NCBI GenBank assembly: GCA_965243025.1
Contig: CBDETY010000003.1
Location: 1,024,001-1,088,000, forward strand
From: Candidatus Latescibacterota bacterium
GTDB taxonomy: Bacteria > Latescibacterota > UBA2968 > UBA8231
Reading direction: 5' to 3'
DNA: 64,000 bases
Position 1 is the first letter of the stretch, and each line of letters begins with the position of its first letter. The notes beneath the pieces were generated by a model. It was not told the origin of the DNA. It was given only the letters and a program-made list of their open reading frames with translations, and did not search any database. The position numbers were made by a program, and so were the translations under genes. This document shows, piece by piece, positions 1-9,460 of this stretch.

Positions 1-101
1 GCTTCTCGGGCCGCGACCACGGCGATGACTTTGACAACGGGTTTCAGGGAGTTCAGCAGTTTCCGCTGTTCGCCGTTGCCGGTGAGGGGATTGGGAATCA
101 T
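1..101 (-). CDS. Hypothetical protein, N-terminus only (MIPNPLTGNGEQRKLL...), runs off window
   Basis: ATG at 101 preceded by AAGGAGA Shine-Dalgarno; frame open to window edge. Confidence 0.5.
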   Translation of the reverse strand, partial: MIPNPLTGNGEQRKLLNSLKPVVKVIAVVAARE

Positions 102-173
102 GAGGGTTCTCCTTCGCGTTCAAATGTCCTTCGGACGCCCGGGGGTCTTTCCTCCGGCCTCCCGGGACAGCAG

Positions 174-329
174 TTAGATGAGTTGCCTTGCCCGGCCTAC
201 GGGCAGGATGATTTCGTAGGTGCCGCCTCCCTGGCGGCCCCCTTGAATGGAGATTCCAGGTATCTGAAGTCCAGAAAGGAAGGTGCATTCCTCAACGGTC
301 TGGATCTCCACCGTGCGATGTTCGACCAT
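174..329 (-). CDS. Small hypothetical protein (51 aa)
   Basis: ATG at 329 with AAGGA upstream; co-oriented with neighbours. Confidence 0.35.
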   Translation of the reverse strand: MVEHRTVEIQTVEECTFLSGLQIPGISIQGGRQGGGTYEIILPVGRARQLI

Positions 330-373
330 GCGGTTTCCTTTGTTTGAGCGGTTTGGTGTTGCGGGAAGAGCAC

Positions 374-410
374 AAAAAAGCCCCCGGACCTTGGAAGAGT
401 CGGGGGGAGC
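374..410 (-). terminator. Probable intrinsic terminator after the transposase
   Basis: Minus strand reads ccccccgac-loop-gtccgggggc followed by tttttt. Confidence 0.55.
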
Positions 411-430
411 AGCGAAGGGCCTGGCTATTT

Positions 431-1423
431 CTATTTGATCAGATCCCGGTACAACAGCCGTTTCCCTACCATCCGGGCCACGAGGTCTTCCATCTGCTCG
501 AGGGTGTCCTTGTCGCGGATGTTGTGCCTTCCGACGAACTCGTCTACGTATCGCTGCAGGTGCTTGGGGGACATTTTGTGATAGGTCCCCTTGTAGGCTC
601 GCTTGATCATGGACCAGAAGCTTTCGATGCCGTTGGTGTGGGACCCGTCGGTAGAGAACTGGCCTTTCGAGTGGATGACGAACTCGGATTTCCCCGGCCA
701 CTTGAAATCCTTCAAGGCGCTCGCTCCGTCGCTGTACAGAGTGCCGTTTCTTCTCAGGTGCTTCCGGGCAAACCCTCTCAGAATGTCGGCCGTCTCTCCA
801 GGAACCACGCTGGCTGCGACCTTGCCGGTTTTTCGGTCCTTCATGCCGACGACGATGGTTTTTCCCTCCATCCATCGTTCCCGCAGTCTCTTGTCGGCGT
901 GCTTGTTGGCCTCCTTTCCGCCAAAATAGGCCTGGTCGATCTCGCCTCTCCTGCTTGAGAGCTTCTCCTGATCAGACCATGCCTCCCTGATGCGGTGTGC
1001 CATGAACCAGGCCGTTTTCTGCGTGACCTTGAGATCCCGGTGCAGCTTCATGCTGCTTACCCCCTTCAGACTGGACAGGTGCAGGTAGATGGCGATGACC
1101 CATTTCTGCAGGGGCACCTTGGAGTGGGACAGCACCGTTCCGGTGCGGACGCTGAAGTGGTTTCGACAGTCGCCGCACCAGTAGGGCCTGGGATGGCGGT
1201 TGAGGCATTCGGTTATCCTGCCGTAACATCCGCAGTGGGGGCAGTGGATGTGCTTACTCCACCGGGTTTCTTCAAACCACTTCTCCGCCGCCGCGTCGTC
1301 GGGGAATTTCCGGAACAGCTCGACCAGCGATACGCCTTTCCGGTCGTTCCTTCCCGGGCCTTCCGGGAGAAAACCTCTGCCGGCCTTGGACCAGCGGCCC
1401 AGGAATCGTTTCAGAATCTGCAT
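431..1423 (-). CDS. IS1595-family (ISXO2-like) DDE transposase
   Basis: N-terminal Zn ribbon CPHCG...CGDC, HTH region KTAWFMAHRIREA, catalytic motifs EIDQAYFGG, LYSD, HTNGIESFWSMIKR, HKMSPKHLQRYVDEF. Confidence 0.92.
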   Translation of the reverse strand: MQILKRFLGRWSKAGRGFLPEGPGRNDRKGVSLVELFRKFPDDAAAEKWFEETRWSKHIHCPHCGCYGRITECLNRHPRPYWCGDCRNHFSVRTGTVLSHSKVPLQKWVIAIYLHLSSLKGVSSMKLHRDLKVTQKTAWFMAHRIREAWSDQEKLSSRRGEIDQAYFGGKEANKHADKRLRERWMEGKTIVVGMKDRKTGKVAASVVPGETADILRGFARKHLRRNGTLYSDGASALKDFKWPGKSEFVIHSKGQFSTDGSHTNGIESFWSMIKRAYKGTYHKMSPKHLQRYVDEFVGRHNIRDKDTLEQMEDLVARMVGKRLLYRDLIK

Positions 1424-1472
1424 GTTTTCCTTTTCTGGTGAGAATGAGAATGGGGGGAGCGGGTGTCCTCCC

Positions 1473-1925
1473 CTATACGATCCCGAGTTCCTTCATGGAC
1501 ACGCTTTCGCCAGGAGGAGCGACGACGACATGATCGAGTACCTGGATTCCCATCAGGCCGCCGGCCTCGGCAAGACGGTGGGTGAGATCGATGTCCTCCT
1601 TGGAGGGCGCCGGATCTCCGGAGGGGTGGTTGTGCGCCAGAATGATGCTGGTGGCTCCCTTCAGGATCGCTGCCTTGAACACCTCTCGCGGATGGACGAG
1701 GGACGCGTTCTGGCTGCCGATGGAGGTCGTCTCATGTGCGACTACGCGATTGCGCGTGTCGAGGTGGAGGACGACGAACACCTCCCGGTCGGCTGAGGCA
1801 ATGTCGAGGGTATCCAGGTAGGCGAGCACCTCGTCGGGACTGGACAGCGGCTCTGAGCATACGTCCTGCCAGATCTGCCGCACCTTGCGTTCTACGACTT
1901 CGAGTTTCATGGGGGTCCTTTCCAT
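1473..1925 (-). CDS. radC: RadC-like JAB-domain protein (short form; likely start ATG 1910)
   Basis: REVFVVLHLD, VHPREVFKAA, AHNHPSGDPAPSKED, VLDHVVV motifs. Confidence 0.92.
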   Translation of the reverse strand: MERTPMKLEVVERKVRQIWQDVCSEPLSSPDEVLAYLDTLDIASADREVFVVLHLDTRNRVVAHETTSIGSQNASLVHPREVFKAAILKGATSIILAHNHPSGDPAPSKEDIDLTHRLAEAGGLMGIQVLDHVVVAPPGESVSMKELGIV

Positions 1926-1960
1926 TATAAAAGGCTACCCTGAGTGCTTGAGGGGGGTGT

Positions 1961-2440
1961 GTGGCGCTTCTACAGCCGTCTGAAGAACTCGCTGCGGTGG
2001 TCGGCGACGAGCCGGTGTCGCGGGCTCAGGTCGTCGAAGAACTGTGGGGCTACATCCGGGAGAACGGTTTACAGGACGCGAGGAACCCGCGAAGGATCAA
2101 AGCCGACGAAAACCTCGGGAGGATCTTCGGCGGCCAGGATCAAATGACCCTGTTGGAGTTGACCAGGGGGGTCAACAGACACCTGTTCGCCTGCTCCGAA
2201 GGGCAAGGGGTAACGGACGAGGAGCTTGGGAGGGCGTTCGAGGAAAAGGTGCTGGCGGGGTCCTACGAGACGCTGGGATGTTCGACGAGGAATTGAAGCG
2301 GAAATTCAGGGACCTATGCCAGGAATATCACCCTGACAGACTGGCCGGCGAGATTCCCGCAGGAATCCTCAAGCTGGGGATGGAAAGGTTTCAGGAGATT
2401 CTCAAGCGCCTACGAGGTTGTGGTGACATCCCGGTGCTAA
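1961..2440 (+). pseudogene. SWIB/MDM2 domain fused to a DjlA-type J domain, broken by two frameshifts (~2282, ~2400)
   Basis: Frame 1: LQPSEELAAVVG...VVEELWGYIRENGLQD...IKADENL (SWIB) then YETLGC; next frame DEELKRKFRDLCQEYHPDRL...ERFQEI; next frame SAYEVVVTSRC-stop. Confidence 0.75.
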
Positions 2441-2753
2441 TCCCCGTCAGCCCGTACCCATCCCTCGACCCTCTGGGATAGGGTCTTTATTTCGGACAGA
2501 CGGAACACGAGCTCGCGAACTCCCCTCCGTGCTTCTGGCGGTGGGGAGTTGCTTCGGGAAGGGTTTCGAACCGGTCAACTTTCTTGTCTTTTCCCACTGT
2601 CGGTGGGCACCGACAATTCATTCTGTGATGGGGTTGCTCTTGTCGATGGGTGCATGGAGCCAGGCGGCTGAAAGCTGATCCGGATGTGGGTTTTGTGAAC
2701 GGTTGCAAAGGCGGACGCCCCGGCACCGGAGAGCAGTGCCGAGGCGCCGTCAA

Positions 2754-2990
2754 CTACGCGGGACGGATATGGTTCTTTGTGCATCGGGTAAGCTCGTATG
2801 CGGACACTTTGTTCCGGTCCCCGACTATGGCCCGGAGAGCTTCGTCCGTCTCGATGTACGGCGGCGGTCCTTCAAGGCCGTGCTCGACGATGTAGTCCCG
2901 TACCCGCTCCATGATCTTCACCCAGGACAGCGGAGTGCTGCCGACGATCCGGGCCAATTCGGGGGACGGTTTGTGGATCTCGGATGGCAT
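2754..2990 (-). CDS. SWIB/MDM2-domain protein
   Basis: PSPELARIVG..PLSWVKIMERVRDYIVEHGL...IETDEALRAIVG..KVSAYELTRCTKNHI matches the SWIB pattern. Confidence 0.75.
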   Translation of the reverse strand: MPSEIHKPSPELARIVGSTPLSWVKIMERVRDYIVEHGLEGPPPYIETDEALRAIVGDRNKVSAYELTRCTKNHIRPA

Positions 2991-2992
2991 GG

Positions 2993-3246
2993 CTATCCCT
3001 TCTTCAGTTCCATCCTGGCTATTTCGTCCCATGCCGCTTTCAGGTACTCATCGAGGGTGCCCTCCGATTCTGCGAAGACTTCCAGCAATGCAAGGACCAG
3101 ACAGACCGCCTGGACTCCCGTCATGGGCACAGCGATTTGAGCGCCCATCTTTCGTGACGAGAGAAACGTCCGCCATCAGGTGGATCTTCTCGAAAGAGAT
3201 GTCCTGGTACGCCGCGACGATCTTTTCTCGGGTTTCGGTTTTTCAT
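2993..3246 (-). pseudogene. Frameshifted hypothetical gene
   Basis: Reconstructs as MKTETREKIVAAYQDISFEKIHLMADVSL...IAVPMTGVQAVCLVLALLEVFAE...ELKKG only with two indels; SD upstream. Confidence 0.4.
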
Positions 3247-3264
3247 GGGTCTGTTCCTTTCGGG

Positions 3265-3831
3265 ATGACAGGGCGCCTGGCCCTGGTCCTATGGGTTGTT
3301 CTCCTATCTCCGCTTCTCTCCGAGACCTGGATGGGCCTCGAAGTCGAGCCGGAAAACCGGTGTTCCCCCTACAACCGGGATCGGGACTACCGGTATTCTC
3401 AATCTCTGGAGCCGGTCATAGCCGCCCGGATGGGAGGCATCCGATGCCGGTACACCGGCAGGACCTACCGAAGCCTCCGGCAGACCGACATCGAGCACGT
3501 GGTCGCTGTGAGCGAGGCGCATGACTCCGGCCTGTGCGTAGCGGATGCGGCCACCAAGCGCCGATTCGCCAACGACCTGCTCAACCTCACGCTGTCGGAC
3601 CCGGCGGTGAACCGCTACCAGAAGAGGGGGAAGGATGCGGGAGAGTGGATGCCTCGGATCGACCCCCGAGGGTTTGCGGAGATCGTCATCAAGGTGAAGC
3701 GGAAGTACGGCCTGAGCATTGACCGGAGGGAGCGGAAGGCCCTTGAGATGGGCCCTGGCCGGCGACACCCTCACTGTCCTGACCGATTCCCTGGGGGGTC
3801 CTCGTCGGCGGGCGGGGTCTTCGCGGCGTAG
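3265..3831 (+). CDS. Secreted DUF1524-type HNH nuclease, C-terminus frameshifted/truncated
   Basis: Signal-like N-terminus, TDIEHVVAVSEAHDSG, FANDLLNLTLS..VNRYQKRGKDAGEWMP, VKRKYGLSID. Confidence 0.8.
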   Translation: MTGRLALVLWVVLLSPLLSETWMGLEVEPENRCSPYNRDRDYRYSQSLEPVIAARMGGIRCRYTGRTYRSLRQTDIEHVVAVSEAHDSGLCVADAATKRRFANDLLNLTLSDPAVNRYQKRGKDAGEWMPRIDPRGFAEIVIKVKRKYGLSIDRRERKALEMGPGRRHPHCPDRFPGGSSSAGGVFAA

Positions 3832-4598
3832 TGGGCGACCGTGCGGGCCGCGTGCAGGGCGTGGTTTCCCCGGTGTCGCTGCCACACCCCGGCCGAGCGC
3901 GCCCACCGGAACCCGTTCGACTTCAACAGGCTGCGGATGTCCGCCGAGGGTTTCCCCGGGAATTCGAGCTGCACCCGGTTCTCCTCGACGTTGTCGATGA
4001 TCTTCACGTCCCCGATGGTTTCGGTCGTGGTGTCGTCGGCGGCCTGTTTTTCCAGCCGGGCCACCCGTTGTTTCAGGCGCCGGATCTTGGCCGACAGGTT
4101 GGCGATGCGCCACCTGGGAAACCCCGTCGCCCCGAATTCGTCGGGCGTCTTCAGGTTGCGAATGCTGTCCTCGGAGTAGCCCAGTTCGAGGAGGCGGATG
4201 TCGCCGGCGACCTGGTCTTTCATGCGCAGCGCTCGATTCGCCGCTTTCATGTTGTCCCGCTGGCGTTGCGACTCTTCGATCTGTTGGTGCAGCTTGACCA
4301 CGGCGTCGGGGTCGTCCGAGGAAATCCCGGCCCGCCCCACCCCATCGGCCCGGGCGCGCAACTCCCGCGAGTACTCCAGAGCCTCGAACGCGCGCCGGAA
4401 CGTGTTGGTGATCTTCGCCCGGTAGTTCCGGTCGCGCTGTTCGGAGTGATGCCCCACGAGGATGGGCTGCCCGAAGGGGATGGCGGACGCCATGTCCCTG
4501 GCGCGTGCGTGCAGCTGTTCGAACTCCCGTTCTTTCTTCTCGGCGCGGGCAAGGTAGCGCTCGCGGCGCCGTTCCTGTTTCGCTTCGTGTACGTTCAT
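3771..4598 (-). CDS. DUF3560 domain protein (conjugative-element leading-region type)
   Basis: IPFGQPILVGHHSE, ISSDDPDAV, ENRVQLEFPGKP..IRSLLKSNGFRW...WQR. Confidence 0.85.
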   Translation of the reverse strand: MNVHEAKQERRRERYLARAEKKEREFEQLHARARDMASAIPFGQPILVGHHSEQRDRNYRAKITNTFRRAFEALEYSRELRARADGVGRAGISSDDPDAVVKLHQQIEESQRQRDNMKAANRALRMKDQVAGDIRLLELGYSEDSIRNLKTPDEFGATGFPRWRIANLSAKIRRLKQRVARLEKQAADDTTTETIGDVKIIDNVEENRVQLEFPGKPSADIRSLLKSNGFRWARSAGVWQRHRGNHALHAARTVAHYAAKTPPADEDPPGNRSGQ

Positions 4599-4987
4599 TC
4601 TCCCCCCTCGGGCGCTCCGTCGCTGCCCAGGATGTAGACGGCGTCCTCGTCGGCGGTCACGTCGCTCATCGTCGAGAACGCCGCCGTGGGAGTACCCGGG
4701 TTCCGGCATGATGCGGACCACGCGGTCCCCGGGCATCCCTTCGAGTTTTTCGATCAGGTCGGCTACGATCCTGTTCTCCCCTCGGTTTGGAGTGTGCGGT
4801 GACGGCGCCGGCGTCAGCGGGTGCCGTGCAGGCCGCAGGATTTCGCAGCGGGCGGGGTCCTTTCCGCGCTTCCGCGAGCGGTTCGGTGAGCTTGGAGATT
4901 TCCACCTCCTTTTCTGCGGCCACCGATTCCCATTCCAGAACGGCAACCGAGAGGGCCTGAAGCGCTTCGTCCATCGTCAGCGGCGAT

Positions 4988-5467
4988 TCAGTCGACCAGG
5001 ATTCCCATGATCACCCCGACGACTTCCCCCTTGTGGTGGACCGATACCCGGGGGCGCCATGTATCGGACGAGGCGAAGAACCGAGCGCCCTTGAACCGGC
5101 GCAGGGCGTACCCGATGTACCGCCCGTTGACATGCACCCGCACCTTGCGGTCCTCGCTTTCGAGGACGTCGATGGGGTCGGGCCGGCCGTAGGTGTGCCC
5201 CTCGGCGGTCCGGACCGGTTTGACGGGGGTATCGGTCCCTTCGACCGATTGCGCGAACACGGCCGGCGCGCTCTCGTACGGCTCTTTCAACCACTGGCCG
5301 GCGCGTTCCAGGTTGCGCCGGTAGCCTTTGGGGCACTCGCCCCGAAACATGGCCCGCCCGTCTGTCCACATCCCCTCGAACTCGAACCCGTTACCCGAGG
5401 AAACGCGCAACGGCAGGTGAGACCGCACCCAGGGCCGCAGGTTCTTCAGGGTCATTCTGTCTCTCAT
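4988..5467 (-). CDS. Hypothetical protein (phage/plasmid-like)
   Basis: 159-aa ORF with SD-like GGGG, co-oriented with the cluster, protein-like composition. Confidence 0.6.
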   Translation of the reverse strand: MRDRMTLKNLRPWVRSHLPLRVSSGNGFEFEGMWTDGRAMFRGECPKGYRRNLERAGQWLKEPYESAPAVFAQSVEGTDTPVKPVRTAEGHTYGRPDPIDVLESEDRKVRVHVNGRYIGYALRRFKGARFFASSDTWRPRVSVHHKGEVVGVIMGILVD

Positions 5468-5507
5468 TGGGTTCCCCCTTGGATAGGTCGGGCGGAAGTG
5501 CCCGGGG

Positions 5508-6110
5508 TTACTGATTCTCCGAATGCATGCGGTACCACACGTCTACCGGGTACAACTCGACGTGGACGGAAAACGCCTCGACGGGGTCCTCCTCGTCGAA
5601 ACGGCAGATGAAATCGCGGGCCACCTGGGGGAGGTCGCCCTTGAATTCGATGTCGTCGCCGTTCACGTCGAACACGGACAGTTCCGTATAGGCTTCGCAT
5701 CCCCGGCCTGTGGCGCGGATGCCGGCCAGCGCTACGGGGCATTCCCCGCACTTGTGCGGGACCCCGTGCGCGATGTCGTCGGCCGTCACTTCGAGTTTCA
5801 GGCGCAGCACGGGGTCGGGCTTGCCGGTCTCGATGCCGAAAGGGTCGTCCCCGGGGACGCAGCCCACCCCCGGCGCGGCGGGCGTGTAGCCTGGACCGAT
5901 CAGGCCGCCCAACCGGTTGCGGTCGAAATCGGGGGTAAACCGGCGCAGGCTGGCCCGGAGGAACGTCCCGTGGCAGTCCAGGCAATAGGCCGTGTCGGCG
6001 GGGTGAACCCCCTCCAACCGCAGGAACTCGGGGGTACAACGCGCCGCTTGCCAGTGCACGGCGCACCGCTTCAGATACCCCCTGTTGATTTCGTGGGAAG
6101 GGTCGTACAT
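5508..6110 (-). CDS. Hypothetical Cys-containing phage-like protein
   Basis: GGAGGAGG SD; LEVTADDIAHG...CGECPVALA motif. Confidence 0.65.
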   Translation of the reverse strand: MYDPSHEINRGYLKRCAVHWQAARCTPEFLRLEGVHPADTAYCLDCHGTFLRASLRRFTPDFDRNRLGGLIGPGYTPAAPGVGCVPGDDPFGIETGKPDPVLRLKLEVTADDIAHGVPHKCGECPVALAGIRATGRGCEAYTELSVFDVNGDDIEFKGDLPQVARDFICRFDEEDPVEAFSVHVELYPVDVWYRMHSENQ

Positions 6111-6395
6111 GGCGCCTCCTCCAGGTGATCGCGGAGCGATTCGCCCGCCGTTATCCGCTCAGTGCAGGTACTGGCGGAACGGGCGCCGCACGTCGGCGCC
6201 GGTGCCGGGCTGAGTGAAAACAGGGTGAAGGTCCTCCCGGTAGACGAATCGCCGGGTTTGCGATGGCGGTTTTCATGACGTAGACCAACCCCGCCAACGT
6301 CGCGCGCGTTGCGCCGCCGTGGAGGACGACGTTGAGGAGCCGGCGATGAGGGCAGCCGGCGAAGATTCTGAGACCGTGGGTTAGTTCCCCTCGCC

Positions 6396-6698
6396 TTATT
6401 CCCCGTCCGTTCGGATGGCGCCCTCGGGGGGCCGCAAGGTGTACCGGGTACCGGCCGGGGTGGTAATCGGCCGGGGGGTGACGACGTCGACCTCGGACAG
6501 GCGGAAGGTGAGGACCCGCACTTCCCCGCCGTGTTCGCGCCAGTGGCGCACGGCGGCCCCTGAGTCCTCGAAGCGGTGCACCTTCCCCCCTTCGATCACG
6601 GCATACCGCCGAAGGATCCACCGGGGCAGGTCGACCTCCTCGGGGATCTCGCGGCGGGTTTCGGTGCCTTTGCCGGGCACGATTCTTTCCGATGGCAT
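6396..6698 (-). CDS. Hypothetical protein
   Basis: AGGAG SD, 100-aa ORF in the same-strand cluster. Confidence 0.55.
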   Translation of the reverse strand: MPSERIVPGKGTETRREIPEEVDLPRWILRRYAVIEGGKVHRFEDSGAAVRHWREHGGEVRVLTFRLSEVDVVTPRPITTPAGTRYTLRPPEGAIRTDGE

Positions 6699-6713
6699 CC
6701 CGTTCTCCTGGGT

Positions 6714-7150
6714 TCAGGCGGGGCGCGTGCGCGCGCGCCGCTTCGGTTTGGGCTTTGCGGCTTTCGCCGCTTCGATGGAATCCTTGAGCCGGTCCAGTAT
6801 GTCGGTTCGTGTTTCCGTCGACCGGCGCCCCCTCGACAGCCGGGGCCGCTGTGGCGATCCGCTCATGCAAAGCGGCGGTCCTCGTGTCGGTCGGGCTGAG
6901 ATCGGCGAAGGGCGCCGACAGGGCGCGCACAAGCTGTTTCAGCCGGTAGAATTTCAAGCTCTGCCCTTTGCTGGCGAGGAGGACGGGCTTTCGCGGTCGC
7001 GGAAAATGAGCTTGCCGATACCCACCTTTCCGACCTCGGCGAGGACCTGAGCGACCAGGCTATACGCCGCGCCCGCTGCGGCCCCCTCGGGGGCGATCAG
7101 GTACGGCGTCCACGAAGATCCGGAAGGGCGAGGCTACCAATTTTTCGACA
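6714..7150 (-). pseudogene. Ku-like DNA end-binding protein fragment (C-terminal half), frameshifted
   Basis: Across frames: TPYLIAPEG..GAAYSLVAQVLAEVGKVGIGKLIFRDRE / PVLLASKGQSLKFYRL / DILDRLKDSIEAAKAAKPKPKRR, resembling the Ku core and basic tail. Confidence 0.6.
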
Positions 7151-7298
7151 GGACTTGGTAAGGCCGTGCACGCACTCGATGCAGACATCGAACTTCCTCC
7201 CCTCGGCCATCATGCTTGCCCGTTCCGACCTTGAGTTCTCCGCGCAAATCGTCTTCCGATACGGCCCCGTTGCAGATGTCACAGATGGTGGTTCCCAT
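7150..7298 (-). pseudogene. Small Zn-finger-like gene (CDIC...CIEC), frameshifted
   Basis: ATG 7298 after AGGAG SD; the second CxxC is in another frame. Confidence 0.4.
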
Positions 7299-7313
7299 GT
7301 TTTTCGTTCTCCT

Positions 7314-9240
7314 GTGCGCCGGTCAAAACCGGCGAGGTGTAAGGGGTGAGAGTCCTTCGTGTCGAAGGTGTAGCGAACCACGACAGCCCCGAGTCATGCG
7401 TGTGCGCCGGTAACGGCGCAGGCGAAGCGTTGGCAGGGGGAGGCGTAGGTCCGGTATTGAGCCGCGAAATGAATGAACCCCTCCCAGGTGCCGACCCGCT
7501 TGGAGACGAGGGAAGGCCACACCGGTGGGCGCGATATCGCCAGTGCCTATCGGACCCGGCGCGGTCAGAGACCCGGTGCATGCGCCCAGGCACCTCGTAC
7601 GGGAACCGGGAGGTCCGGCGGTTTGCCCGGGGGGATGGTCCCCGGGTCCGCATCGGGAACCCATTTGGGATACGCCGATGACGCACGACCGCCGGAAGTC
7701 GGACAGCCCCATACAACCGAGGAACCCCGCGAACAAGGGCGGTCGGACCGCTGCGCCGCCGGCGGAGCGGGAGGAGGAAAGGGGGCTGGCCAAGGGGAAC
7801 GCGTGCGAGCACCCCAGGTCCCGGGCGCAGATCCGGACCGGCCTGCACCAGGCGCTCGAGCGCGTACGGCAAGCAGCGGTTCGAGACAGGGCGTTGCCGT
7901 TCACTACGCTGTGGCACCACGTCTACGACGTCGACCGTCTCCGGGAGGCCTACCTCGGCCTCAAGCGGCAGGCCGCACCGGGGGTCGATCGCATGACGTG
8001 GAGCGAGTACGGGCAGGGGTTGGAAGCACGTCTTCAGGACCTGTCGGCCCGGCTCAAGCGCGGCGCGTATCGAGCCAAACCGGTCAAACGGACCTACATC
8101 CCGAAAGCAGACGGAGGCAGAAGGCCGCTGGGCCTTGCGGCGCTGGAGGACAAGCTCGTCCAGAAGGCGACCGTGGAGGTGCTCAACGCGGTCTACGAAG
8201 TCGATTTTCTGGGATTCTCGTATGGGTTCCGACCGGGGCGCAACCCGCATGGGGCGCTGGATGCGTTGGCGGTGGGAATTCGACACCGCAAAGTGAACTG
8301 GGTACTCGACGCGGACATCCGTGGGTTTTTCGATACCATCGACCACGAATGGCTGATGAGGTTCGTCGAGCACCGTGTGCGGGACCGACGCGTGGGGCGC
8401 CACCTCAGCAAGTGGCTCAACGCGGGGGTCCTGGAAGAGGGCAGGCGTATCGATGTGGAGGCAGGGACGCCGCAAGGGGCCAGCATATCGCCCCTGCTGG
8501 CCAACATCTACCTGCACTACGTCTTTGACCTGTGGGCGCAACGATGGCGCAAGCGACGCGCGCAAGGGGAGGTACTCCTGGTGCGCTACGCGGACGACAT
8601 TGTGGCCTGTTTTCAGCACCGAGCCGACGCCGAGGCATTCGGCGCCGACCTGGCCGCGCGGCTGGCGAGGTTTTCCCTGCAGCTGCACCCGGACAAGACG
8701 CGACTGATCGAGTTCGGGCGCTTTGCCGTGGAGAACCGACGCCGACGCGGCAAAGGGAAACCCGAAACGTTCGATTTTCTCGGGTTTACCCACAGCTGCG
8801 ACAAGACGCGTCAGGGCAAATTCATCGTCCTGAGACAGACGGCCAAGGAGCGGATGCGGCGAAAGCTCAAAGAGGTCAAGGGAATCCTCAAACGGCGGAT
8901 GCATGACCCCGTACCTGAAGTGGCTTGCTATCTCCGCCGGGTGATAACCGGGCACCTGAACTATTACGGCGTGCCCCGGAATGGCCCGGCGCTGTGCGCG
9001 TTCATCAGGGGCATCGCCACCCACTGGTGGCGTACTCTGAAGCGACGGAGCCACAAAACCAGGGTCACGTGGAGACGCATGAAGGATCTCTGGTACCAAC
9101 TGCTGCCTCCTCCGCGCATCACTCACCCCTATCCCGGACAGCGTTTTGCCGTCATGACCCGAGGCAGGAGCCCAGTGCGGTAACACCGCTCGCTGGGATC
9201 TGTGGAGGGGGTGGTCAGCAATGGTCATTCCTACTCCGAC
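7314..9240 (+). mobile_element. Group II intron, apparently complete (probably bacterial class E)
   Basis: 5' GTGCG at 7314; domain V GAGCCCAGTGCGGTAACACCGCTCGCTGGGATCTGTGGAGGGG; domain VI ending CCTACTCCGAC at 9240; internal RT ORF. Confidence 0.92.
7678..9183 (+). CDS. ltrA: Group II intron reverse transcriptase/maturase, no endonuclease domain
   Basis: APGVD, YIPKADG..RPLG, FSYGFRPGR, VLDADIRGFFD, GTPQGASISPLLANIYLH, RYADD, FDFLGFT, domain X; start uncertain (frame open from 7525). Confidence 0.95.
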   Translation: MTHDRRKSDSPIQPRNPANKGGRTAAPPAEREEERGLAKGNACEHPRSRAQIRTGLHQALERVRQAAVRDRALPFTTLWHHVYDVDRLREAYLGLKRQAAPGVDRMTWSEYGQGLEARLQDLSARLKRGAYRAKPVKRTYIPKADGGRRPLGLAALEDKLVQKATVEVLNAVYEVDFLGFSYGFRPGRNPHGALDALAVGIRHRKVNWVLDADIRGFFDTIDHEWLMRFVEHRVRDRRVGRHLSKWLNAGVLEEGRRIDVEAGTPQGASISPLLANIYLHYVFDLWAQRWRKRRAQGEVLLVRYADDIVACFQHRADAEAFGADLAARLARFSLQLHPDKTRLIEFGRFAVENRRRRGKGKPETFDFLGFTHSCDKTRQGKFIVLRQTAKERMRRKLKEVKGILKRRMHDPVPEVACYLRRVITGHLNYYGVPRNGPALCAFIRGIATHWWRTLKRRSHKTRVTWRRMKDLWYQLLPPPRITHPYPGQRFAVMTRGRSPVR

Positions 9241-9460
9241 TTCTCGGTGGATTGAATGCCTTGTAGGACAGGATCAAGCCCCGTTCCTGGTGGTGGATGA
9301 TGGCTCCCATGAGACGGAGATACCTCTCCGGCATCGTTCGCTTTCCCTTCTCCCACAGGCACACTTCGGCCTCGCTGACACCCAGGGCGAGGCCCAGCTC
9401 CCATTGCTTCATTCCCAGGGCGTCTCTGGCCCTTTTCAGCTGATCTTGTTTCATCTTCAC
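9215..9460 (-). CDS. XRE-family HTH regulator; 3' end interrupted by the intron
   Basis: LKRARDALGMKQWELGLALGVSEAEVCLWEKGKR; AAGGAG SD. Confidence 0.85.
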   Translation of the reverse strand: MKMKQDQLKRARDALGMKQWELGLALGVSEAEVCLWEKGKRTMPERYLRLMGAIIHHQERGLILSYKAFNPPRSRSRNDHC

